A DNA stretch of 64,000 nucleotides, taken from Cycas panzhihuaensis. Its lineage: Eukaryota; Plantae; Cycadophyta. The stretch spans positions 78,685,741 through 78,749,740 of the forward strand of contig CM041465.1 in assembly GCA_023213395.1 (NCBI GenBank), given 5' to 3'. Within the stretch, counting starts at the first letter, position 1, and every line of letters begins with the position of its first letter. The notes beneath the pieces are model-generated. The model was not told where the DNA came from, made no database searches, and saw only the letters and a program-made list of their open reading frames with translations. Positions 53,302-64,000 of this stretch are shown here, piece by piece. Both the position numbers and the translations under genes were made by a program.

Positions 53302-55167
53302 TGTGGTATCAAAGCTTGCTTTCTTCATATTGCTCACTTGCACTTGCAATGGAGCCATCACTTCCTTCTCCCCATAATTCATGTGGTGAAGGAGAATTGT
53401 GAAAGTGAATTTGGAAATATTTTAAAGTTTTTATTATAGAATACTTAGTATTGTTTGCTTTCCCTTTCTCTTTTGTAGGTTTGGAAGCACAATATAAGGA
53501 GTTGTAAGTCCCAAGGATTCCAATCCTTTGATAGCGATATATGCATATCTCATTCTTCTTTTCTTTCCCCTTTTTTTGTTCATTTAACAAGGGGAAATGT
53601 TGCCGAAATTTTTTCAGCATTTAGAAGAATGTTTGTAAGGGTAGGTTTTGCCCACTTCTTTTAAGAATTTAGAGCCATTTAAAATATCCATCATTGTATG
53701 CTCTCACCTTGTCCATATTGGGATCCTAGTAATCAAAAAATGATGAAAATTTTATATGGTACAATGTGTTGATGAGATATTTGCAAGCTAAATTTTCTGC
53801 AGAAATAAAATCTACTTGTTGAACTTCACAGGTCTGCCAAAAATTCTAGTTTCCAGCACCAAAAACGACACTCAATTTAGTTGCCGTATGAGAAAGTTAT
53901 TGCTATTTTAGTGAACAGCAATTATTTTTAACAAGAATTTTGGAAAAATATATTATGTCTACTTTGCAGGACTACCAAAAATTTTGCAGAGCTCATTTAG
54001 ACCTGATTCCACTTCTTAAAGATGCGGCTTTGAGTCTAATTTGTAGCACAAAAACTAGCACTCAATTTTGTTATTGTGGGAGAAAGTTATTTCTATTTTA
54101 GTGAATACTTTTTTGTTAAAAAAATGTGAAGAAAATTTCTTTGTTTTTCAAGACTTCAAAGCCCATTGTAAAAGCGAGTAAAAAAACACTTGGAACGGAG
54201 CAATATCTGGTGTCCTCACTTACTTATCAGCATTTCATTTCAACACTCCAAAATCACTTCAAGCAAGCACTCCAAAGGCACTCCAAGCAAGCACTCTATT
54301 TTTAGCTATATGTACGTTTGATGCAAATTTGATGATCTTTTCACTCTCCCTAAAAGGAACGCATCACGTACATTATTTTCCGCCATCTTGTACCAGTTCA
54401 TATATTTGCCAAGGCTAAGATACCTTGGTTGGTAGAATGCTATGCCATAAAGGAGGTGTGGGTTTCAAGTTGGGACTAGACTAAACTAGAATATTGATGA
54501 GGTTTGGTTAGCCGTACCATCATGCATCAATCAGGGATCATCCCGATAACCAATCAGGAAAACTAAAACTTTAATACAAGATGAAAATATACCTGGTCTA
54601 ATATTTGTCACAGCCATGGCGTCGGAGGAGGTATATAACTGCTCATTGGTGAACTGGGTGAGAATTGGGAGTACCTGGGCTCTGTTGTGACTTGAATTTA
54701 ATCACCAAGCACAATTGCGGGTATCGCGAATGAAGGCCAACTTAATTCTACTAGAAACCTAGGCATCCCTTCAACAACCTCAACTACATGTTGTACACAA
54801 GTTAGAGGTTATTTGGTTGATTACACATCCTACATTTGAGTTTCAAGTTGTGTACACCCAATGATGTCAACTTCTACATTGGTCTACAATTTTGTATATT
54901 GATCACTTACTTATTTGTAAAAAGTGATCCATAGTGTAGTCATAATCATAGTGCTTCTCATATTCTTGCTGCGTCAAGTTAATATTTGTCACAAGTGTTG
55001 GTGACTTTTCTCTAAGTTGCTCCCTTCATCTTTGAGCAACCATTCTCACTTCTTCTTCCTTCTGCTACACTACTTCATTGCATCTCCCATTTGTAAATAG
55101 TGATTGGTCATTTATTGCCATCACTTTTATAGTCCCTTATTCATTTCTTCCCTTCTTGAAAGACACC

Positions 55168-58100
55168 ATGTCTTCACAGTTCAAGCAAAATGTGAACTGC
55201 ATTCTTAGAGGGAAAGAAAATTGGGACATGTGGTTCACTGCTGTTAGAAATGTTGCAATGTATGAAGGTTTTTGGAGAGATCACGTACAACTTACACCAA
55301 TTGTTGCTGCCACTGCTACCACAGCTGCCTCTGGAAGAACTCCTCCAACTTCCACTGAAACTATAACCAAACGCTAATGGAAACTTGATGATGATAAAAT
55401 CTGTGTAGGGATACTTCTTGTCACTAATTATTCCTTACATAATCTCATTGATGAAGTTGTATATGATACATCATAGAAAGTTCTTGAAGTTTTCAAAAAT
55501 AACTTTAACACTAAATCATACTTGGAATTTGTTCACTTAGTGCTGAAGATGAACAAATTGAAAATGTAGAAAGGACATGCAAGTGAGACAATCAATCTCC
55601 TTTGCCCCATCAAGCAAGTCATCGATAAAGACTTCAAGACTCAATGCATTACATGAGCTTTCTTGATTCAGTCATGTTTCCATATCCTAGATTGCAAAAA
55701 TCTATTGGGAAGTCTTCAATCTAGTGGCACCTTGAAGACCCTAAACTTTGAGGCTCTTGCTGATAAATTCATCGAATTTGATAAGACCTTTGATACCAAC
55801 TTTGCCACTACATCAGATCCAGTTGATGCTGCTTTTAAAGTGGAAAAAGATCTTTTTTATACCAAAAATCAAGGTCAATCCTTTTGCAAAGGTGGAAATT
55901 CCCGTGGAAGACATAGAAGTAGACAACAAAGACAACGTTCTCATGGTCAACAGGCTCCTCAACACCAACAAAAACAGTCTCAAGGCCAAGGCCAAAATAA
56001 TCAACTTGGACCTAGATCCAGCAATCAAAGACAATCCAACTAGTCCAATACTTCTTATAGGACTGGAAATCAAATAATTGTGTGCCAAAGGTGTCATAGA
56101 AAATGACACTATGCCAAAAATTGCAGAACTGTCACCAACAAACTACCAAGCTATCAATAACACCATGGTGCACATAATGTTAATAATACTTCTTTCGAAA
56201 ATGCTTTTGGTAGAACATAATTTTCTCATGCACACCTTCAAAGAATTGGGGCCACTTCATTAAATGTTATTTGACAGATCCACTCAGTATATTGAGGCTC
56301 ATTGTGGTTATGCTTATTCACATTTGCCTTCACCACTTGGAGTTGCCAATAATGTCACCTTAAATACTTCATCTTAGATCATGGATACTGGAGCAACACA
56401 ACATATGATTTGCCATCACCAGTTCTTTCAGGATTTTGACTCTGAAGTTCATTGTGTCGTACACATAGCTGACAAATCATCTCAGCCAGTCGAAAGACTT
56501 GGAACCATTTGCCTAAAACTCCCAGGTCTTCCAGATTTTACCCTTGCTGATGTTTTATATATTCTTGCTCTGAAACAGAACCTGCTCTCCCTATCCACCC
56601 TTGTCTCTTATGGATTTGATATGAGTGTAACTGCAAATAATAAAACTCTCTATGTCATTTACCCTCCTTCAAATGCTGTGGTTATGATCGGAATTCTTGA
56701 TGGAAAACGTTTTTGCCTAACTGGCTCACCATTCTCTGAAGCCAACTGTGTTGATGATGACTTTGCTTTTACCACAACCCTGACACCTCAAAAGTTTTCC
56801 CAAGAGGCCCTATGGCATGCTCATATGGGCCATATCAAAATTGATCGTTTAAGAGAACTACATGCCACTCTTCCTGGTATGCCTAGGCTCTCCTCTAAGC
56901 CCTTCAACTGTGAAGCATGTATCATTGCCAAATCTCAAAGACAACCCTTTCCTCGTAGTCAATAGAAATCTATTCAACCTTTGTAGCTTGTACATTCAAA
57001 TATATGCAGTCCTATGCCCATCCCTTCTCTCAAACATAAGTGGTACTATATTACTTTCATTGATGATTTTACCAAAAAAGTATGGGTTGGTTTTCTTGCA
57101 AAGAAAGATAAAGTTTTTTTCATGTTTCAAGCTTTCAAGGCCCGCATCGAAAATGAATCTAGATTCAACATCAAAATACTCAAGACTGACAATGGTGACG
57201 AGTACACCTCTAATGAGTTTGAATCGTACCTACATCACCATGGGATCAAACATCAGACCACTATTGTAAGTACACCCCAACAAAATGGAATTGCCGAGTG
57301 CATGAATAGGACCATCATGAACATGGCTTGTGCTATGCTGGTATACAAAAATGTCCCTGTCTATCTTTGGGCCAAGGCTATCTGGATTGCCATGCATTGC
57401 ATCAACATTGTTAGTCCCTCCAAGCTCGGCCCCTCTCCACATGAAATGTGGTATGGACAAACTCCCTTTGGCTCCCGCTTCAAAATTTTTGGCTCTACTT
57501 GTTATGCTCACATTTTGGAGGAACACATAAACAAACTCCAAGATAGAGCCCTCAAAGTCATATTTGTCAGATACCCTATGGACAAAAAGGGATACAAGGT
57601 TTTTCTACCTTCATAGCACAAAATCATCATCACTAGAGATATTATCTTTGCAAAGACTGAAGATCAATTGCTCAAACTTGACTCCAAGATGTCTTTGTAC
57701 TGATTTAATGATGCTACTGAATTTGATGACCAGATTCCAAAATTTAGGGGGGGAGATGCTCAACAGCTGTTCAAAATCTTGGAATCTGATAATAGAGCCC
57801 CAGAGGATATAAGCTGTGACTCCCAACCGATGTGTGCACATCTAGCACCATCATTTAAGAACAACCAACTTGACAAAGGCAAATCCATAACAGAAGGACC
57901 ACCTTCTCCAACATCAGTGGCTGGCCCATCTTCTCAAATATCGTCAACTTCCTCTATGCCAAACATTTCACATGATCCTTTTAGGATCAAAATGAAGACC
58001 AAGAGGCTGTGAAAATGAAAATCTCATTCCCAACTTGAGGTTTTCGTGAAGCCTACTAGCTACAAAAGGACATGCAACCAGATGAGGTAGACAAAACTGG

Positions 58101-59730
58101 CATTAGAAGTGCGCATAGAGCAAGGATGCACGAATCGCTTTCCATTGAGCTTGAACCAACAAAACTGCACCTTGCTCTCAATGAAGAACCCCTAATGTAC
58201 CAAGAACCTGTAAAGCATGCAGCTTGGAGAAATGCCATGAATGAAGAGTACCAATCTCTTATCAAGAACAAGACATGGGAGCTTGTTGATCTACCACTTG
58301 GAAGAAAGGTAGTTCGAAACAAATGGGTGTTCAAAAATAAGTATAGATCAGATGGAACCCTTGAAAAGCACAAGGTGAGATTGGTAGCAAAAGGATTCAC
58401 GCAAAGGGAAGGCATCGACTACGCTAAAATCTTTACTCCTACAACCAAGTGGCCTACAATCAGAACTCTTATAGCCTTGGCTGCTCAACAGGGTTGGAAA
58501 ATCTACCAGCTCGATGTTAAAACCGCATTTCTCAACAGGGACCTTAAAGAAGAAATTTACATGGCTTAGCCAGAAGGATACAAGATTGTTAGTCAAGAGC
58601 ATAAGGTTTGCAGGTTCAAAAAGTCCTTGTATGGCCTAAAACGAGCCCCTCGTGCTTGGTTTACCAAGTTGTCTGGAAGAATGAGGCAACTTGGATATGA
58701 GGTTTGTGACTATCAAGATATTGATACAACACTATTCATAAAGCGCCAAAATGATAAAGTTACTTACCTCTTAATCTTTGTGGATGATATGTTAATAACG
58801 AGGAATAGTGAACAAGTAATCAACCAACTGAAGAAGGACCTTGCTAAAACTTTTGAATTGTCTAACCTTGGATTGATGAAATATTACTTGGGAATTGAAG
58901 TAACTTAAAAGAATGGCAAAATCTTTCTCTCCCAAGAAAAATAAATCAACGATTTTTTGACAAAGTTCCAATTAGAAGATGCTCGACCAATGGTTACACC
59001 TATGGAACCTAATATTAAACTCTCAGTTGATGGTGACACTAGGGAGGCAGATGCAACATTCTACAGGCAACTTGTAGGTAGTCTCATCTATATTACCAAC
59101 ACAAGGCTAGATATTGTATTTTCTATTGGCATTCTTACACGATTCATAACAAATCCTAAGCAGAATCACTGGCAATTTGCAGTACGAGTGTTGAGGTACC
59201 TGAAGATGACCAACAAATATGGTCTATGGTATGAACCTAATGTAGAATTCAAATTTTATACATACACAAACTTAGACTTTGCCGAAGATAAAGACACAGG
59301 AAGATCCACATCTAGGTATGTAGCATTTCTTGGAACATCACCAATATCATGGAAATCCAGACGATAGAAGATAGTTGTAGACTCAACTACTGAAGCTAAA
59401 TATATTGCTGCTTTTGAGACAAGCAAAGAGGTGATATGGCTTAGAAAATTGTTGAATACATTAAATATCACCTAAATAAGTTCTACCAGCCTACGTGTCA
59501 ATAATCAATCTACAATCCAAATGGATAAAAATCCTATATTTCATGATTGTACCAAACATATAAGTACGAAAGTCCACAGGATTAGAGAACAAGTTCATGA
59601 TGGCACAATTCAAATGAAGTACTGCCCCACAGCAGATCAAGTGGCCGACATCTTCACCAAACCAGTGCAAAGGGTAAAGTTTGAATAGTTCTTAAGGCAA
59701 CTCGGCCTTAGGGCCTCCATCTCCAACTGA
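55168..59730 (+). pseudogene. Copia F gag-pol polyprotein (disrupted)
   Basis: MSSQFKQNVNCILRGKENWDMW; MDTGATQHM; FIDDFTKK, KTDNGDEY, PQQNGIAE; QLDVKTAFLN; FVDDMLI; RNase H. Confidence 0.95.
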
Positions 59731-60102
59731 TTGAAGGAGATGACAATAGGACCATCATACTCTATCTCATTCATGAAAACCCCTTGTAGGCGCGAAAGGA
59801 TAAGGGTTGTATCATTTTGGAAAATCAAAATCTGTAAAAACTCAAAAGGGCATGGGGGATGACCAAATGGTATATGGAAACTCAGTAGATTTCAGCTACA
59901 AAATTCATTGTATGAATTAGCTATCTAGCTTCATTTAAAGAGCCGCCTAAGCCAGGTTAGTAGATTAGAAAGTCCATGGGTTTTCTTCCCCATGAGGGTT
60001 TCTCACAAAAGTGTCATAGTAGTTTGTTTTGTAAGAGGCTTAGATGAAGACCTCATAGGATAGAATAAAGATGAAATGACCTTTTACTATTAAGGGGGAG
60101 AT

Positions 60103-60399
60103 TGAAACGGGTTAATGTCACAAGGTCATTACATTAGCTAATTATTCCTAAAAGGGTTTTAAGTGAACTTTAAATTAGATCACTTAAGTAAAATTCACTT
60201 TCATGTGCATTATGTGTAATTTGATTTTACCTAACTCTAATGCTCCCTCTCTCAATATAAAAGTTAAAGCTCAATGGAGGAGGCTTATTCTTACCTCCCC
60301 ATTTTATGAGAAATACTCTTTTTCTCTCAAGTCTCTCTTGCTCCCATGTTTGCCTTTGTGTTTAGTGCATGGAGATGAAGGATAGATCCACTCTTTTCA
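60103..60399 (+). repeat. 3' LTR of Copia F
   Basis: TGAAACGGG...CTTTTCA, then CATAA. Confidence 0.95.
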
Positions 60400-62048
60400 C
60401 ATAAGACCTAAACCCAATTGTGAAGATGTACCTACTTAAAAAGTGGACATATCAAGTGATGATAACAACTATTGCAATTGAGGGCCAACATTAAGTTGAG
60501 GGTTTTGATAGCTTAGAGTCCAAGATTGAAGATTTATGCCTTGATTTAAAAGAACTTGATAATGGCAGGGTCTTGGGCTATCTTAACCAAACCAGTAGAG
60601 ACTAAGGCAATAACCTATTGAAGAGTGAGTTGAAGAGTTGTTTGAGATCTTAAACATGAGGGAGAATATGGAGATAAGCTCAGAGAACCAAGACGTGTGG
60701 TTTTTGTCAAGGGAAGTGTTGGAACAATAGGGCCAAAACATTGTGAAGTGGATGCAACATGAATTGAGGAAATAAGACCTACACTAGATGAATGAAAGGG
60801 ACCAAAAAAGCAACTAATGAAAAAGTACTAACACCTAGGGTGGAACTAAGAATGGATGGAACTATAGGTTTCTTTAGTTGAGGAGGTAGTACACAAGAAA
60901 TAGAAGGTGATCCACACGCAGGAGATGCTCGAGAACTAGTGAACTCAATCCCAGTTAAAGACCTAATGGAAGGATAAAAAGAGGATGAAGTTGTGTCTCA
61001 TTCTAAAGGACATGAAGTGGGAGGAGAAAGAGCCAAGAGTTGTGCAACAATCTCGTGTTCGAGAACATCTTCTATGAAAATGTTCTCCTTGGGAGGGCCA
61101 AAAGGGCGAGGACCATCTTCTATTATAATGATAAGAGACTTTGGAGGAAGTCCTCTAATTTTGCATGAATTTCTAGCCAGAGAAAATATATTGGATGATA
61201 GTGCATGGCTGTGAAAAAAGAATGGAGAGAAATCAAGGTCAAGATTGAAAAACCTATGTGAAAAAAAGCTAAAAAAGGGCTAAAAAATAATCAAATTTTA
61301 TGCATTAAATTGACCTTAAAAGGATGAGAAAAAAATTTTAAGCGTATTTTGTTGTGATGGTGTATGAATCAAGAATTCATTGGTTTAAATAGTTCATGAA
61401 ACAAACATTGTTTATCAGAGATATGCTTGAAATAGTGAAGATCAAAATTTAGGGTTTTGGGAATTGCAATTGTACCTAGTACTAAGTTGCAGGTAACTTT
61501 TGATTTTAATATCCAATCAATCTAAAACTACTTCCATAAAAAAGTAGACCTCAAGACACATGGATTAAAAACACATTTGAGGTTAACTGAATATTTGTAG
61601 CTAAAGTTATGGCCATTTGAAGTTGCAATAGTAGATTTTCTATGCAATCTATAGCAACAAACAATAGGCTAAGATTGAAACCCTTATAATTTTTGTAATT
61701 TTGATCTAAACATAATAGTATAACCACTCAATATTTATAGAATGGGTCTGGCTATCTCAACTCTATAGTTACTTTTTTCAAATTTGGTTGTTCACGAGGA
61801 AGTTTTGTGCATTTTATGCATGAATAGAGTTTTTTTTTTGGTCTCTTTGTATTTTTTGTATAAAAACTAAGTTTTAATAATTTTGAACTTGTTTAATGCT
61901 AGGGTTTGTGTGTGGGCCTATTTTATGATATCTTTGGATGCAAAAATTTGACAAAATAGGTGTTTTTAAATGTATTTTTAAGAGAATAAGTATACAACAA
62001 GGGTTTGATAGGCAAAATAATAAGCATTCCCGAGTATGGTCACCAAAA

Positions 62049-63382
62049 TGTTTGCTAGGTAGAGTAGGTATGAGACCTAGAGCCAGAGGTTCACGTAAGA
62101 AAAAGAGGCAAATCTCACTCTATAGGTAACATATGTCCTATGTGTACTGAAAATTTATGAGAGAGTATGGCCACCAATTATATTCAAGATATAATAATTT
62201 ATGTAGGATTTGTTATGTGACTTTCAAGTAAGGAAGGAGATCTTAACTCACAACATATACAAATGCTACATCAATTCTTTTACCAAAAGTAAATTAAATA
62301 GGGTGCAAAATACACTCTTACCTTGTTTAATGCTTGATGATATGTGTCCTTGATGTGTGTGTCCTTGATGAAGCACTTCAATGATCCATTTTCTTATTTC
62401 TACCTGTAAGACAGTATCACAAGGGAAACTACTAAGAAATTGATTGAACATTAGAGAAACCAATGCAAAGCTATATGAAGGGCAAGAAAGAATGCCTCAG
62501 TATTAGGGATAAGGCTTTTAGTTGGTTTTGTTTGTGTGTGCGTATATTGTTGGTATGTGTGTAGTTCACTGAACTAGTTTCTCCAAAGCAATACAACAAA
62601 ACAAACAAAAAAATAAATGAAATATGAACAAAGTAAACAAATCAAAGATGTGAAAGAGAGATCAAACCAAATAGATTAATATCGATTCCACAACAAGAGT
62701 GATTCAAAACACCTTACTCAAGTGTCAGCAAGTAGGGGATGGTGACAACATGAGGCCATTCTGTGAAGAAGTAGATGTTATTCTCAACCAAAAGAGAATG
62801 GAATGAGGATATTTATAGTGAAAACTAAGAAGATAAAAGGAGAAAAATCTCAAGACATATTGTGAAGTCAGTATTTTAGACCAGTAGGCATTAATTGCAC
62901 TATTTTTAATGGATATTGTGAAGATGGCCTTGAGCACCACAAAATTGGACCAATGAGAGAAGGCGAAATCATAAAAGGAGCATAACTTCCTCATATGGTG
63001 CCCATTTTTGACCCGTGAGTACTTAATTCCCATCTACTTAAAGAGATCTACACAATAGCATAGGTGAAATTAATAATGACATTCAAAATCAAGGTGAAGA
63101 TGTACTAAAAAAAAGTGTGTGAAAACCATAGAGAACGTTTGTGCTGACCAAGATGAATTTCTCAAAAGGACATAACTCATGTCAAGTCGAGATGGACACC
63201 CAAAGGAGGCAAGGAAGAGAGTGAACTAATGACAAAGGATCATGTGTGTGAAACAATGGCAAAGTATACACAATAATGGCAATCAAGAGAGAAATTGCAA
63301 TGGAAAAACCATGTCATATGGACCATAATAATCAAAGGGATGACCTCCGATGTTGTATCTCCATAATTAAATGGGTGTTATA
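62049..63382 (-). repeat. 5' LTR of Gypsy I
   Basis: Lies next to the PBS; minus-strand TATAAATA at ~62809-62816; right end reads TATAACACCC on the minus strand. Partner LTR not in window. Confidence 0.65.
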
Positions 63383-64000
63383 GAAAACAGATCCCAAATT
63401 ATCATCAACAGGGGAGTGCAATATGAAAAGGCAACAAACTAGGCAAATGCTCATTCACATGCAATCTCAAGCAAATGACAAACAGTAGTATACGGTCCAA
63501 TGCATATCTAACTAATGAGAATAAGAGCAACCTGAGATTCCTAGATTGAGGGTAGGAGGCCAAAAATCAGGGAAACCAACATTACATCGAATATTATGAA
63601 ACTCAAAATATCCCAATACTATGTGTCTTTATTATTCAAAAGTTCCCATTAACGTCACTCTTTTTTTCCCTTCTATCTTTTGCCAAACAAGTATCCCCAC
63701 TGTCACAAATGTGGAGCCCATATTTTATAAAATTCATTTTTATCCTTTTGTGCTCCACCCATTTTCCATTTACTTGAAATTCACTAACATCATTGGATCA
63801 TCTATGAAGCATGGAGTTGCTGCTATTCATTTTTGAAAAACTTTTTGCACCATTGCACTTTATGCATCTTGCATTCACTTAAAATTGTGTAAGGTTATTG
63901 AAATATTTGCAAAGTGCCAAGCACGGAGCTACCATAAAACTCTATTTTTTTCTTTGCTCTTTGCCCATTCTATTATTGTGTTGTGATGCCTTTGGCCCTT

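Larger units (their letters stand above)
53005..60399 (+). mobile_element. Ty1/Copia LTR retrotransposon F, full length, decayed
   Basis: 297-bp LTRs 53005-53301 and 60103-60399; TSD CGTAA/CATAA (one CpG transition); PBS TGGTATCAAAGC 53304-53315; PPT AAGGGGGAGA. Confidence 0.96.
52085..63382 (-). mobile_element. Gypsy I (Tat-like), 5' part: LTR ~62049-63382, PBS, leader, Pro-rich gag N-terminus; interrupted by F and H
   Basis: PBS TGGTGACCATACTCGGGA at 62028-62045 (same type as C); LTR from TGTTTG to GGGTGTTATA; PLPHFEGTQGENPQNH Gag motif at 52085-52131. Confidence 0.72.

Noticed and set aside
63383-64000. Possible coding remnant at the window end
   Set aside because: No motif I can recognise in any frame.

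Overview
AT-rich plant intergenic DNA made almost entirely of nested, decayed LTR retrotransposons. I found no intact host gene, RNA gene or CRISPR array. The lineage mix (a TatII-type Gypsy, long-leader Copia elements, visibly diverged LTR pairs) suggests a gymnosperm-like giant genome, but that is inference. Resolved elements: Copia A (6811-14043, -, TSD TGTAC); chromovirus Gypsy B (-), split by Tat-type Gypsy C (16635-40052, -), which hosts Copia D (27899-35283, -, TSD CTAAA); truncated Copia E (41506-45127, +), joined to rearranged pieces of a D-family Copia G (45127-47987); Athila-like Gypsy H (47988-52084, -), sitting in the gag of Tat-like Gypsy I (-), which also hosts Copia F (53005-60399, +, TSD CGTAA/CATAA). 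Main observations: (1) a fixed-geometry cis module (ATAACTT...GAAAG, repeated ~190 bp apart) shared by unrelated Gypsy LTRs and Copia leaders; (2) three Copia families with ~2 kb leaders ending in hairpin-dense, IRES-like domains; (3) a decayed extra ORF ending in an archaeal-type RNase H downstream of integrase in C, not visible in the ORF track; (4) a Gag with four zinc knuckles.
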